A DNA stretch of 64,000 nt from Phaeosaccion multiseriatum (GCA_965112735.1 OZ218960.1:2046001-2110000); one strand, 5' to 3'; numbered from the stretch's first letter, positions 1 to 15,475 are shown. Notes: generated from the letters alone by a model not told the origin. Made by a program: numbers and translations.

Positions 1-87
1 TCATGCTCGCTGAATCCTTCTGGTGCCTTGAGGCTCTCTAAGCTCAAAGCATCTTGCTGCTGCTGCTGCTGCTGCTTCCTCTCCCAG

Positions 88-2324
88 GGAATTCCTCGGC
101 CTCGGCTACGCGGTCATCTACCTCCACCGCAAGGGCTGTTCGGCACCTTTCGCTCGCACCTTCCAGCAAGTGCTTTCCAAGCACGTCGATCTACGCCTTA
201 TGGAGAGCCTCCGGGTCACTCCGAGGGGCGGGGTGCACGTGGCAGGGTCCGCGGACAGAGCGGATGGGCAGCAGGTGAGGGCGATACGCAGACACCACAT
301 CCATTGGCTTGACTCAGCCAAGAGTGGGCTTAATCAAGTCTTGTGTGGGGGGCGATAGGCAGGGTAACCTCTGGGGCTCGGCACTACTTCCTTCCTCCAC
401 ATGGACCAGCCGCTGCCATACCTCTCGTCCATCGGCTGCCATCTGATCATTCATCCGTGCCATCCATCTGCATCACCCATCCGCCGCCATGCATCTGCAG
501 GCGACCACTGACGAGGAGCTGGCGCAAGCCGTCATGCGGTACCGAGACGCTGTCGGGCAGTCCCTCTTGCTGCCGCTCTCGTTTGTGAGTGTGGACGAGT
601 ATCTGTGGCTGCTGAAGCTCGTGTGCGAGGAGCTCGAGCCCTTGGGGAGACAAGCCATGTTGTTCCTTGCGGCCGCTGTTAGCGACTTCTTCGTCCCCAA
701 AGAGGAAATGGCGGCGCACAAGATACAGTCCGCGAATGGGTGAGTCACAAGCATCCGCCACACTGCGGTACTATCTGCGTACCACCACCCGTCCCTCGCG
801 TTCAGAGGCTATGCTCCGATGAGGCCTCTCCCGTCCCGTTCCTTTCTTTCTCGCGGTGAAGGTGGTGGCGTCCGCTGCTGCTTGCGTCGTTCCGTTCCGC
901 CTCCCTGCCTGCCCGCCCACCAACCTGCCCGTGGCCGCCTCCCCTTTCATGCTTCGCGCTGCCTCTGCAGAGCAAAGCCTCAGTCGTCCCTTCCCCCTGT
1001 CCATGTCGTTGTGTTGTGTTGTGTTGTGTGTTGCTGTCCTGGCCTGGCGGAGGCAGGGGCTTGACCCTCCATTTGCAGCCCGTGCCCAAGTGCCTAGGGC
1101 TGGTGAGGTCAGTGTGGGCGAGTGAGGCCTTCTGCGTATCCTTCAAGCTAGAGACGGACGAAACCATTCTCATGCAAAAGGCGCTGGGGGCCATCAGTAG
1201 GTGGGTGGGTGCGTGTGTGTGTACGTTTATGCGTGTGTGCGAGCGTGAGTGTGTTTGTCTCTCGAGGTGAGGCTGCTTGGCTTGGTGCGGGGATGCGGCG
1301 GGCTGGGAGGGGTTCGCTAAGACGCAGAAAAGTAGCCAGAGCAAGTGCACAGCTTATGCTTTCGGCCCTAAGCTAAGGGACACTCCCTCCTCCTCCTCCG
1401 CAACCCCCCGCTCGTATCCTTACCAAACACACACACACACACGCGCACACACACACATGTATGTGAAGGTACGGGGTGCACTTGGTGGTGGCTAATGAGC
1501 TTCACAGCAGGTACAAGAGGGTGACTCTTGTGGAGTCGAGTGAGAGTCAGCAGATCATCGACAAAAACGACAAGGATGCGCACATCGAGCGAGTGCTCTG
1601 TCAAGAGCTCGCAAAGTGCCACTACGGGTAAGCAATCGGAAGCAGGAGAAGGGGCGTCACACACACACAGATATACATATGCATACATAGAGAGAGGGAT
1701 GGAGAAAGTGGGGTCCTGCTCTGCGCTACAGTGCGCCTATAGCATGGGGTATGGGGGCGCAAGTTAGTAAGGCGGGGGGGGAGCTGACCCTCTGATCTCC
1801 TTCTCGCCCCACCCACTCGCTACACACACTGCTCGCCCATGGCAGATACATGGCAAGCGGGGATGGTCCTGCGAACGGCGAATCGTCCGCCTCCGGTGCT
1901 GCTGCCACCCCCAAAGGAAGCAAGGCCGGGCTGCTCTCTCGCCCCAGCAACCCTCGCAGGAGAGCCGCGTCCAAAGCCCTCGAGGTAGGTTTACGTATGT
2001 GTATGTGTATGTGTGTATGCCGGTTGTGAGTACATGTACGTAGGCGCCAGTTGCGAGGCGCGAGGGAAGGGAAAGGGAGAGTCCTACGTGTATGTCCGGT
2101 CTTCCCCCTCTTGACACCCCCCCCCCCCTCCCTCCTCTCTCTCCCTCTGCTTCTCTGGTCAGGTGGGACGAGATGTGGCGGCTCATTTGTTCATCCCTTG
2201 TGTGTCTATCCTACTGTCCGTGGCGCTGCAGCGGCTCGTACAAGGAGGGATCCACGCGTATCGGGAGGGGCAGGGCAGAGGCGGGGCAGGAGAGTCCTCT
2301 TCGGCTCGGGTCGCTACCCGATGA
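88..2324 (+). CDS. PPCS: Phosphopantothenate--cysteine ligase (PPCS/CoaB), 5' part lies outside the window; exons ~88-274, 501-739, 1057-1200, 1469-1627, 1846-1984, 2163-2324
   Basis: Spliced translation gives EFLGLGYAVIYLHR, FLAAAVSDFFVP..HKIQS, LQPVPKCL, VSFKLETD and YGVHLVVANEL, all characteristic of eukaryotic PPCS. GT-AG boundaries are phase-consistent. Confidence 0.93.
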
Positions 2325-2349
2325 GCGGCGACTTTAAGACATGTTTGTA

Positions 2350-3300
2350 ATGGGTGTGCCAGTAAGTTCCCTGGGAGCCAGTCTTCTCCAGGCGATCAGA
2401 CCAAGCCGAGGGCTCACTGCATTGGCGGGGGCTCCTCCGCCTCTGGGGTGCTCTTCTTGAGAGAGCTTCCTTGATCGGCACAAGAAGGTACTTCAACTCC
2501 CTTGATCAGCAGAGGAAGGTACTTCAACTAGGCCCGGAAGTTGTTGGTCGCTTGCCTTGCAGAGGGTGGATTGATTAGCCCGTCGAGCGTCCAGCAGCCC
2601 CCTCTCTGCCGGCAGGCCCGGGCGTCTCGTGGCGTCGTTCCTCCTTGGGCCTCCTCTGCGAACATCCTCTGTGCGCTTCTCTGCCTCCCTCTTCGCCCTT
2701 GGACGGTCGCTATGGCGGGCCGCGGGCCGCAAGACACCCCAAGTCCGTCAGGTCCATCATGGAGGTGCTGCAAATCTGACGAAAGATGGGCCAGGTTTGC
2801 AGCGCTACTCACTGATGCAAGTGATGGACTTTGATTGACTTGTGCACCAACGGAGGCGAGCAGGCTGACGCACACGGTCGCAGACTCGACCCTTCCCAAG
2901 GGGTCGCCCCTGCCACGTGAGCATGATCCAAGCATGGATAAAGATGGTTGGGTTGGGATGGATTCGCAGGCCTTTCGGACCGTACCCAGCTTACTTGCTT
3001 CCCGGACAGCGAATTTCGATCCAGCAAGCATGTCGAAGAGGAAAGGCAATGTCCCAATACGAGGCGAGTGGGTCAGTGCGGCTTCTTCGGTCTCCATTCA
3101 GAGCAGCACCGTGAGCAGCGGGAGAGGGAGAGAGGGACTACAAGCTGAGAATCTCTCTGTGAGCTTTTTGCACGATTGGGTATGGAGGACATTCTGCTAT
3201 GACTTCCTTCGATATCGACATCCAGCGTCGTGTCGGCGTCGTATCGGGACCGGAGGGGCCTGCTGTCGTGAGCACCCGCCATTCAAGCCTTGAAGCCTTG
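2350..3300 (-). mobile_element. Possible heavily decayed LTR-retrotransposon (gag-protease) remnant
   Basis: Minus-strand fragments resemble a broken CCHC knuckle (CRY.RK..SH.IAECP, ~3185-3222). They are followed by TLPFLFDMLAGSKFAVREASKLG...LGRVESATV, which resembles a retropepsin (L.DTGA..F..) that has lost its motif. Multiple stops/frameshifts and no splice structure. Confidence 0.3.
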
Positions 3301-3606
3301 GAGCCTTAGACCGCAAGTTGGCCAAGCATTCGTCCTCTCTCGCTGTGTCACGACTTTCTCCCGCTGAGCCCTTTAGTACATGGAAGAAGGATGAAGTCAA
3401 GAGCCAGAAAGGTGGTTCGGGGAGGCGCACCGACTGGGTGCACAGAGACGGGCTTCAGATGGTGAACAGAGACCGAGAGACCGAGAAATAAGTAGACATG
3501 GTCCAACCATTTAATCCAAGTGAGAGGATTTATGGAGGAGAGGAAGGGAGGAGTAAGCTGTGCTCTAAGTGAAGAAGATAGCTAAGTGCGCTCGGTGCGC
3601 TTCTTG

Positions 3607-6084
3607 TTATAACATCGCACGGTCCACCGGCACATGTCTCTCTGCTTCTGCTTCCGCCGCGGACCGGACTGGGCTGAACCCCTTGGCGCGCTGCTCGTTG
3701 GCAGGCCTCGCCATTGACCACAGGGCTGAGTATGTCACAGAGAGAGCAAGAAAGCACACGGGGCTCGAAAAGGGGTAGACCCAGCCCGTTCGTAGAAAGA
3801 GGCTGACAAAGACTGGACCCCCGAAAGAGCCCATGACTTCTCCCGCCAGCAGCGAGCGGCAGTCCATCCACGCTGCCTTTCCCTCTGTGCTGTGGTGCTG
3901 TCGGCATGCAGACAACTTGCAGCCTCGAGCGAGGGCCAGAGCCAGCAAATTGGCAGCAGCAGCAAGCACAATAGCCAACCATGCCAGTGCTACCGGCAGG
4001 CCGATGGACACCAGGGCCGACAGCAGCCCCACGAGCAGCATCAGCGGAGCGAGTAGACCAACGGTCGATCTCAGATGCGCTCCTCCCGCCTCTGAGAGAT
4101 ACGCGGGCGTTAAGGCCGTGCTGAAGAGCCCCACATAGCAAAGGCCCAGAGAAGCACCAGTCACGAAGAGCACGAGCCCAGTCTGTCCTGATGACCACCC
4201 CAGACCACCCGAACCTTTGCCCAGCCACAGGTACAGGGGGAGGACCTCACGCATGGCCACGAATGAGGCATAGCTTTGTGTGACCAAAGAGTTAAGGGGG
4301 GGGGGAGGGTGGGAGAGCGGGCGGGAGGCAGAAAGAGAGTGAATGGGGTGGACGGGGTTGGATTTGCTGAGCTTTCCGATTTGGAAGACCCGCTGCAATA
4401 GCGGGGCGAGGCTTAGCGACGTGTGCCCCCCTCCTCTCATCCTCTTTCCCACTCACTCACTCACTCAGCTCACTCACAAGGCCCTTACTCACTCACCAAT
4501 CCCTCACTCACTCACTCACTCACTCAACTCACCTGATGCTAGACAAAGCGGGCCCTGCTGCAGGGGAGAGTCGGTCTCGCCGCCTTGCACAAAGTGAGCA
4601 GACACCGCACGGGACGACCAACTCGCCTCTGTCCTGCCCCGCTCCCTCTTCGTCTTGTTGGTTCCGTATCAAGCCTCCCTGCTTCTCCCTCGCGGTTAAG
4701 TTCCGAATCGAGTGGGATCGTCCCTCGGGCGTTCTCTCCCGCCTTGTTCCTCCTCCCCCCCCCCCCCCTCCTCCTCCTCCTCCTCCTCCTCCTCCTCCTC
4801 CTCCCCCTCCCCCTCCTCCTCTACCCGCCTCCTCTTCTTCATCATCTTCTCCTTCCTCCAAGCCCCCCCCCCCTCTCCCCCCAAAGACAAACTGGCGCGG
4901 CAAGGGCGAAGAAGCGTGTGCCTTCCCGTATCCTGCTAGCTTCGTAGTCGCCTCTTGCGGACGGGCGTGGGCTGCCTGAATGGCCAGCACAGTAACATCT
5001 TCATCGTCCAAACCCAAACCCGTGTCAGAGCATGTCCTCTCAGAACCTCCTCCCAGTTGGGCAGCCTCTCGATTGAGCACGAAGCTCTCCTGCCGAAGAA
5101 CCCACTCCCCGCGTCCCTTGTCGTAGCTAAACTTGTTCTCGCCACCCAGAAAGGCGTGCCCTTGGTTTTGCCCTCCTCCTCTTCCTCCTCCTCCTCCTCC
5201 TTGCCGCCGCCGAGCTACGGCGCCCCTCACTGCCCCTAAGCCCCGCCCGGCCAAGCTCGTCAACGCCCCTCCCACCTTCCAGACGACTCCTGGCGCTCCT
5301 CCTCGCCTCCGCCGTTCCTGCCAAACCGCCCCGTCATCATCCTCTTCACCTTCACATTCATCGCCGCCATTGTGACCGACGTTGTTGTGGTATCTACTCT
5401 CGCTTCCTGAGGAGGTTTCAATCGAAAACAACTCCACGACTTGCTCCACATCGTCCTCATCCTCGTCCTCGTCTCCTTGCTCGCCGCCATTGAGACGCTG
5501 TACAAAGGCCCTAAGCGCAGTCTCTTCGCTAGACGAGCCCAGTTCGACGCTGCTGCCGCCGTAGCAAGGGGGAATGTTCTCCAACGCGATGTGCTTGGCC
5601 AAAGCAGCGGTGATGCCTCGGCGACCCACCACCTAATACAATGAAATGTACGTGTGCGGGTGTGTGCATACAATAGATCGATCGATCGTACGCCGACATC
5701 GACGAAAGTGCACAGTGCGTAGGGAAGGAGGGAGTGAGTGAGTGAGTGAGTGAGTGAGTGAGTGAGTGAGTGAGGACCGCACAACGTGTCGGAGAGCAGA
5801 AGGGAGGGGCCACTCATTCTCCCCAATAAGAACATCACGCCCTGCCCTGTCCTCCCTTCATCCTTCCTTTCTTTCTTTCTTTTTTCTTTCTTTCTTTCTT
5901 TCTTGACCTGTATCTTTCGCTGCGTGTTCTCATTGAGCATCGGGCAGATACCCTTCCAGATCAAGCTGAAGTAAGCCGGAGCGTTGATGATGAGCATGCA
6001 GCGAGAGCGCTCTACGTAGTGGTCCTGCAGGGAAGGGCAGACAGAGAGAGAAGGGGAGAGAGAGAGAGGGGAGAGAGAGAGAGA

Positions 6085-6160
<76 letters not shown>

Positions 6161-8500
6161 AGGGAGGGAGGGAGGGAGGGAGGGAGGGAGGGAGGGAGGG
6201 AGGGAGGGAGAGAGAGGGAAACTTAGCACAATGATCACTAAAAAAAGCGACTAACCAGCCTCACCGCACTCAAGCCAAGATCGATGGATGGCGCCCCACA
6301 CACTAAATCATGTACGTACTTGCACGATTTTCGTTGCGCGTTTGAGGTATTCCAAGGCCTCGCCCGCCAGAGCCGAGAGGCTCACTCCAGCAAGGTCCAG
6401 CACGGTGATTAGCTGAGAGAGAGAGGGAGCAGAGACAGAGGGAGGGAAAGGGATAAGGAGAGAGGGAGAGGGATGGGGAGAGAGAGGGTGAGAGGAAGAG
6501 AAGGAGGGAGGGGGAAATGGAGCCCCTCTTCCACCATTGAGCCAGCAAACCACACACCCCTGACCCAAACTGGACGCTTTCAATTCACTTGGGAGGGTGC
6601 AGCGGCCCAAGGAAGGGAAAGAAATTAGCTCTGCGCACCTTTCCGTCATCCTGGTCAGGCTCGATGATCTTCCACAGGTACTCCGTCTCAAACAAGTTGT
6701 TGGCGAGCATAGCCTTATTTGGGGGGGTGGGGGGAGGGCGGGGTGAGAGCATGCGAGAGAGGTCTGAGAGAGCCCTTTTCGCCCAGCGTGTTGGTTGGGG
6801 AGGGTGGACTGAGCGATGAGAGGTGAGAGGTGAGATGGATGAGATCGCTGATAGATAGAAGATGCCGATAGCTCACTGCTAAAGGATAGACTAGATGATG
6901 CCGAATGGTTCAATAGCTCAATGACAACCAGAGATGTTGCCGATAGCTCACCTCCACAGAGATTCCTCGCTGCTTCATGGCCTCCAAGTCGATCTTACCC
7001 AATTGCTCAAAGTACACAGGGTGTCCCTCGAGGCCCCTCCCTGCAGGGCCGTCCGCCAAGAGCAGAGGATGGGAGGGAGCATGGGTGGAAGGTAAGATTC
7101 TGGTCTGTCAGCCAGGTACACACCAACCAATCAAGAGGAGGGAGAGCGAGACGAAGGAGAAGGGAAGGGAAGAGAAGGGAAGAGAAAGGCAGAGGAGGGC
7201 ACCACTTCGCGACGACATACCGTGGAAGTAGTGGGGATACATGGTTTTGAGGGCGGAGAAGAACGGCTGAGGCTTGGTGAGCACGTTGTCCACGTCGCAC
7301 TCCTGCCTCCACTCGAGTGTTAGCTGCCATCTCCGCGCGGCCTCCTCCGCATCCCCCCCGCATCCCTGCAAGTACCGTTTGGGCACTTCGGAGCTGAGCC
7401 CTCCCGCGCTGCTGCTCATCGCCGGCGGAGTCGATTCTAGACTCTCGCCTCCCCGCCCTCCCTCCCTCCCTATGATCTGAACCCCAGCCCCACGGGCAGT
7501 GTCAGTGTCAGTAGTATAAGCTGAGCTGCCAGACGAGAGACGGCGTAGAGCAGGGGTACCCTCCGCCAACTCGTTGAGGCTGACGCTCCCCAGCGCGAAG
7601 GTCGGTGGGGAGGGGACGAGGGAGCGCTCCCCAGGCTCCACCCTCCTCTCCTCGCCACTCCTAAGGCTCATGCGTCTCCACACAAGGGCGGCTCCCAACG
7701 CCCCGAAGATATAGAGTGTCCCTGCCACACCAGAGAGAGTGGCCAGAGGGTACTTGGAAGGTTTCGCTCCCCACAGGAAGCCCCCCAGCAAGGCTGCCAG
7801 TGAGGCACACATCGACACACAAGGGGTAAGGGGTGGGTCAAGGAGCGGGGCACAGTGAGCGACAGGGAAAGGGAGTGCACAGTCTCGGCGTCAATCGGTT
7901 CGTGACGACAGGCAACTCACCTCCAAGCACCAAGCCCATAGCAGAGGGGGGCAGGTCTCTGGACACTGGGTCCCACTCGCCCCCGTCACCCTTGCCCTTC
8001 ACATCCCTGCTGTTGCCGATGGCGCTGTCCATCAGAGACACTCCAAGCATGTACTGGAAGGCGGCCAGGACCCCCATGACCAGCCTCAAAGGAAGCACCC
8101 ACGCGTACGTTGCTCGTGTCGTCAGCCCCAGACAGCAAAAGGACCCCAAAAGGCAGGCCAAGAGTACAAGTAGCTTGGAGACAGTCGCCACGGGAGGCCC
8201 GATGGAGAAGTAGACGCGCGACAGGAGCAAGGCACCCGATCGGCCCAGGAAGAAGAAAGACGAGAGCAGAGCCACCCACAGCACTATCAGTGCCGCCTGT
8301 TTGGCGTCATAGCTGCCGTGGGTAGTATCCGCCCCTCCTGAGCCGACGATGATCCACCCACCCAGCGCAGGCAAAACAGGGAGCAGCAAGGAAGAGCAGA
8401 ATGCATCCCCGAAGAGGAGAAAGTTACCAAGAGCCCCCGCCGCTAGGGAGGGGGACGCGAGAGTAATCTGCACCGCCGAGTGCTGGGGGGGGAGGAGCAT
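3607..8500 (-). CDS. MFS transporter (ZIF1/ZIFL-like) with a Sec14/CRAL-TRIO domain inserted between its N- and C-halves; exons ~8500-7921, 7793-7221, 7040-6951, 6713-6639, 6412-6320, 6024-5908, 5632-4533, 4273-3607
   Basis: N-half TM helices end in ALLGGFLWGAKPSKYPLATL. Sec14 motifs: RYLQGCGGDAEEAARRW..TLEWR, YPHYFHG...GHPVYFEQLGKID, ITVLDLAGVS, HYVERSRCMLIINAPAYFSLIWK.ICPMLNENTQRKI, IALENIPPCYGG. The C-half starts EVLPLYLW...GGLGWSS. All splice phases match. Confidence 0.8.
6041..6220. repeat. (GA)n/(GAGG)n microsatellite in an intron
   Basis: Directly visible simple repeat. Confidence 0.95.
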
Positions 8501-8627
8501 TGGAGCATGTTAAGCCCTTTGTTTCGCCATTTTGCGTTTGGTGAGAGTTGTGCAGTTGAAAAAATTTGAGTGCCGCCTTTGGGCCGTAAAGATCCCCATT
8601 GACATATTGGAATGCCTCCACACCAAT

Positions 8628-8680
8628 TATTTCTTACCGAGCCCCCCCCCTGTATATTTCTTACCGAGCCCCCCCCTGTA
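8628..8680. repeat. Tandem duplication of TATTTCTTACCGAGC(C)nTGTA in a divergent promoter
   Basis: Two near-identical ~27-nt copies immediately before the ATG at 8685. Confidence 0.9.
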
Positions 8681-8684
8681 GGGG

Positions 8685-10989
8685 ATGGGCCCCAAGCAGG
8701 TCGTGAGCAAGAGGCGAAAGAGAGAACCCGAGAGGGCGGGCTTGGAGAAGCAAGCCCCACCCCCTTCCTCTGAGGGTGAGGGAGCCTGTAAGGATGGCCA
8801 AGAGAAAGATAAGAAGGCTAGGAAGAAGCTCTGGTTCCTTCGTTCCCCGCTGAGAGTACTTGCCACGCTCACGGTGCTCCTGGGGGGCCCTCGCATCACT
8901 GCCGTGGCCTACCATTGGCTTCACCTGCGCTCGACGCTTCTGGGAGGGCTGGGTCCTTTGGATGTCTCACAAAAGAGGCAGCTATTGGTTGTCGGAACCA
9001 TGGGGGCAGGGACAAGTCAGATGAACTTAGAATTGAAGGGTTTGGGCCTGGAGACGGGGCACGAGGTGTCGGACTCCGAGCACGAGTACTGCAGGGAGGG
9101 GACGGTCAGCCATGCACACGCCCTCCGCTTCTTCCAGGTGGGTGCACGGGACACGGGTTCAGATGCATCTCTGCCGTACTTACTACCTCAGTGGGGTCCC
9201 AGAAAGCCCACACCCTCACACTTGTTCAATTGTTTTGCTTGCACGAACGCGGCGCGGCCACAGGGAGTTCCCAACACCAAGCTGCTGTGCAGGGAGCCTC
9301 GATTCAACGTGAGTCCCAGCTGCTTTGGAGGGCTCTTTTTTTGAAAGCCCTACTGGACAGGATCTGAAGTCCTACGCTGTCCCTGTCCCTGCCTATTGTG
9401 CCACAGGCCTACCACAGTAGCATGATGAGGGAAAGTAAGGAATGCTCCTATTACTTTCGGTGGTGGGACGAGTGCTGGGCGCGCGAATGCCGAGCTGTCA
9501 CACTCCAGGAGTACGGGTGCGCCGTGAGTGGGGGCAACAACACTTGCATCACCCCGTTCGCGCGGAGCTTACTCCAGGTCCGCCACCCCCTTCGGACCAT
9601 CGCCAGGTGAGTGGGTGAGGGAGGGAGTGAGTGATTGAGTGAGGGAGGGGGGGGGGTGGGTAGTGAGTGAGTGAGTGAGGGAGGGAGGGAGGGAGAAAGG
9701 GAGGGAGTGAGCGAGTGAGCGAGTGAGCGAGGGAGGGAGAGGGTGGGTGAGCGAGTGAGCGAGGGAGGGAGGGAGAGGGTGCGTGAGCGACTTGCTGAGT
9801 CAGTGGATGAGTGAGTGAATGAGTGTGTGAGTGAATGAATGAGTAAGTGAGTGAGTGAGTGAGTGATTGAGTGAGTGAGTGAGTGAGTGAGTGAGTGAGT
9901 ATGGGAGGGAGGGAGCGAGTGAGTGAGGTAGGGAGGGAGTAAGTGAGTGAGTGATTGAGGGAATACGGGAGTGAGTGTGTGAATATGGGAACGATTGAAT
10001 GGGTGTGGGAACGATTGCGTGAGGGAGCGAGTAAGTGAGTGAGGGAGCAAGTGAATGAATGAGTGAGTAAGGGAGCGAGTGAACCCTAACCCTACAACCC
10101 TAACTCTAACCCCAACACCAGCCTGGTGTACAAATCGGGCGGGGAAGAGACCGCGTGCTCCAACGGAGAGCATCAGCTGGCTGTGATCCAGTCGCTGCTT
10201 CCCGACGGCTTTGTGCGGCGCCACTTGGGCCTTCCGGACTTCCACTGGGCAGACAAGCTTGGCTGCAGGGAGCAGTTCGCGTGGTATTGGGTGCTATACA
10301 ACAAGGCAGTGATGCCCCATGTCGACGGGTGGTACCGGGTGGAGGACACTCCCCCCTGTAAGGTGGCGCGTATGGCGGGGTTCTTGGATGAGGACTATGC
10401 CGCAGGACAGGGGAAGGGGAGGCCAGACTTGGAGCAGACTTGCAGGGACAGACTCGCCTCTTCCGACGGGCCCGGGCGAGGTGAGGCTCACGGGTACCAC
10501 AACCGCAAGGTGAGGAAGAGGTTGGGATGGGCTGAAGGGTTGTAGAGGGAGGGCAGTAAGGCAGTAAAATTGGTAGGAGCAGTGGCCGCTGCGGGGGGGG
10601 GGGGGGTATAATAGACCGTTTCCCCTCTGCTCGGAGGGCCGGTCAATCACTACCCTGGTCAGCGAGACGAGAAGCCTCGATTCCCGAGGACCTCACAACA
10701 ACATCTATTGTTTTCCCACCTTCTCTTCCTCTGCTCTGTGCTGTCACCCCTCCCTCTGGTCCGCACTGTACTAAAGAACACGGGTAATCTCGTTGTGTCG
10801 TGGCAAGACTTGATGGACATCTCGCCAGAGCTTCACAACGAAGTGGCCCGGCTGGCAGCCGAGCTTGGCTATTGGGATGCGCCGAAGGTGGAGGAGCAGG
10901 AGCAGGAGGAGGAGAGCGCGAAGAATAAGCAGCCGGAGCGGAGCCCTGGCAAGAAGAAGAGAGGGGGCTGGACCAGGGGAGGGGGCTGA
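8685..10989 (+). CDS. Type II membrane P-loop/sulfotransferase-like protein; exons ~8685-9137, 9264-9308, 9407-9606, 10122-10509, 10777-10989
   Basis: Basic N-terminus plus hydrophobic segment, then LLVVGTMGAGT (5'-PSB-like), GHE, LQVRHPLRTIAS (3'-PB-like), YRVED and C-terminal LAAELGY. Introns are phase-consistent. Confidence 0.65.
9607..10121 (+). repeat. Intron made of (GAGT)n/(GAGG)n microsatellite ending in degenerate (CCCTAA)n telomere-like repeats
   Basis: Visible repeats; AACCCTAACCCTACAACCCTAACTCTAACCCCAAC at 10082-10116 lies just before the AG acceptor. Confidence 0.9.
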
Positions 10990-12033
10990 GGATATGCCCC
11001 CGAGCTTTAGGGTGGGCTTCGAGACGCCTACCTTCGAACGGCCGAGAGATGGAGAATTGCAGCGGCCCTTCCACGCTTGTAGCTCTCGTCGATATTTCTT
11101 GCCTCCTCTTGCTTTTGATGGGAGTGGGCGCGGGGCATTCGAAGTGGAGGGAGGGCGCAGAGCGAGCACCAGCAACGCTTTGTGGGCACCACTCACTTGC
11201 CACTGCTCTGTCCCCATCGGCAGCAGAGGAGGAGCAGGAGAACATGAACAGCAGGAGCAGCGGCAGCAAGAGCAGCAACGACAGCCCCTGCGGCCCCCTG
11301 CAGCCTTCCCTCGCAAGTGCCCCTTGTTGGGCCTTGTCGTGGGCCTTGACCATAACAGGGGACGACGTGTCGAGAGCCCAGGCTATGGTGCAAGCCTCAC
11401 TCGGGGTAGGCCTTTGTCGAGTGGATGAGCAGTGCTGAGTCGCGCAGCAGGGCAACAGGGCAACAGGGCCGGTCGCCGCTCGAAGGGTTTGCCCTACGGC
11501 GGCTGCAAGGGGCAGGTAGACAGTTAAGCAGGAGGCCCACCAGGCAGGCATGCAGGCAGACAGGCAGGCAGACAGGCAGAAAGGCAGGCAGGTAGGCAGG
11601 CAGACCGACAGCCAGACCCGGGCAGACACGGGCAGACACGGGCGAAGCTCGGCGGATGTCGCGGAAGATCAAGGGCGCTAGCCACTGACTCGATGCAGCC
11701 CTTCTAGGCAAAGGTGAAATTGTGTTGTTCTCGCTCGAGAACAACTCTTATCTATCCTGTGTTGCCCGGCATCCTTTATCTCTCTCTCTATCAAATGTAA
11801 CTGTAGGACCGCCAAAGCCCGTAATGCAACTCTAGAACCGCCAAGGGATTGCGTCGGCTTGTAAAAAAGACGGTCAGTCTCAACACTTGTTCAACCTGTG
11901 TTGTGGCTCTACCTCTCTGTAAGTGTGGCTCCTCCTTCCTCCCTCTATGTTCCTCCCTCTCTCTCTAAGTGTGGCTCCTCTTTCTCTCTCTCTCTCTCTC
12001 TCTCTCTATCTCATAATGTGTATGTGTCTCCAT

Positions 12034-15213
<3,180 letters not shown>

Positions 15214-15475
15214 GGTAGCACTCTGTGGGGGAAGGGGGGGGGAGGGGGGCTGCCGCCTTCGGAACGCGAAAAAAAAGGGGGAACAAAATACTCTAGGAAT
15301 CGAACACGGGACCGCTGACTAAACGCTTTTTGGCGGGACCGATGAAATCATGGATGGCACTCAATGGTAAACCCTCCGCCCCCCATCATTTCCCCAACCG
15401 TACAACCGACTTCCATTCCCCCTCCAGGACAAGAAGGCAAAGCTCGCCGCTGCTGCGTTCCCGGAGGCCCGTAAA

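Noticed and set aside
355-370. Second candidate 1-nt exon (CAG|G|GTAACC) in a PPCS intron
   Set aside because: The flanking exons already join in phase 0, so inclusion would frameshift; no pyrimidine tract.
10082-10116. Chromosome end or telomere
   Set aside because: Only a few degenerate CCCTAA units inside an intron.
9451-10245. 264-aa minus-strand ORF rich in THSL
   Set aside because: Translation of the (TCAC)n intronic microsatellite.
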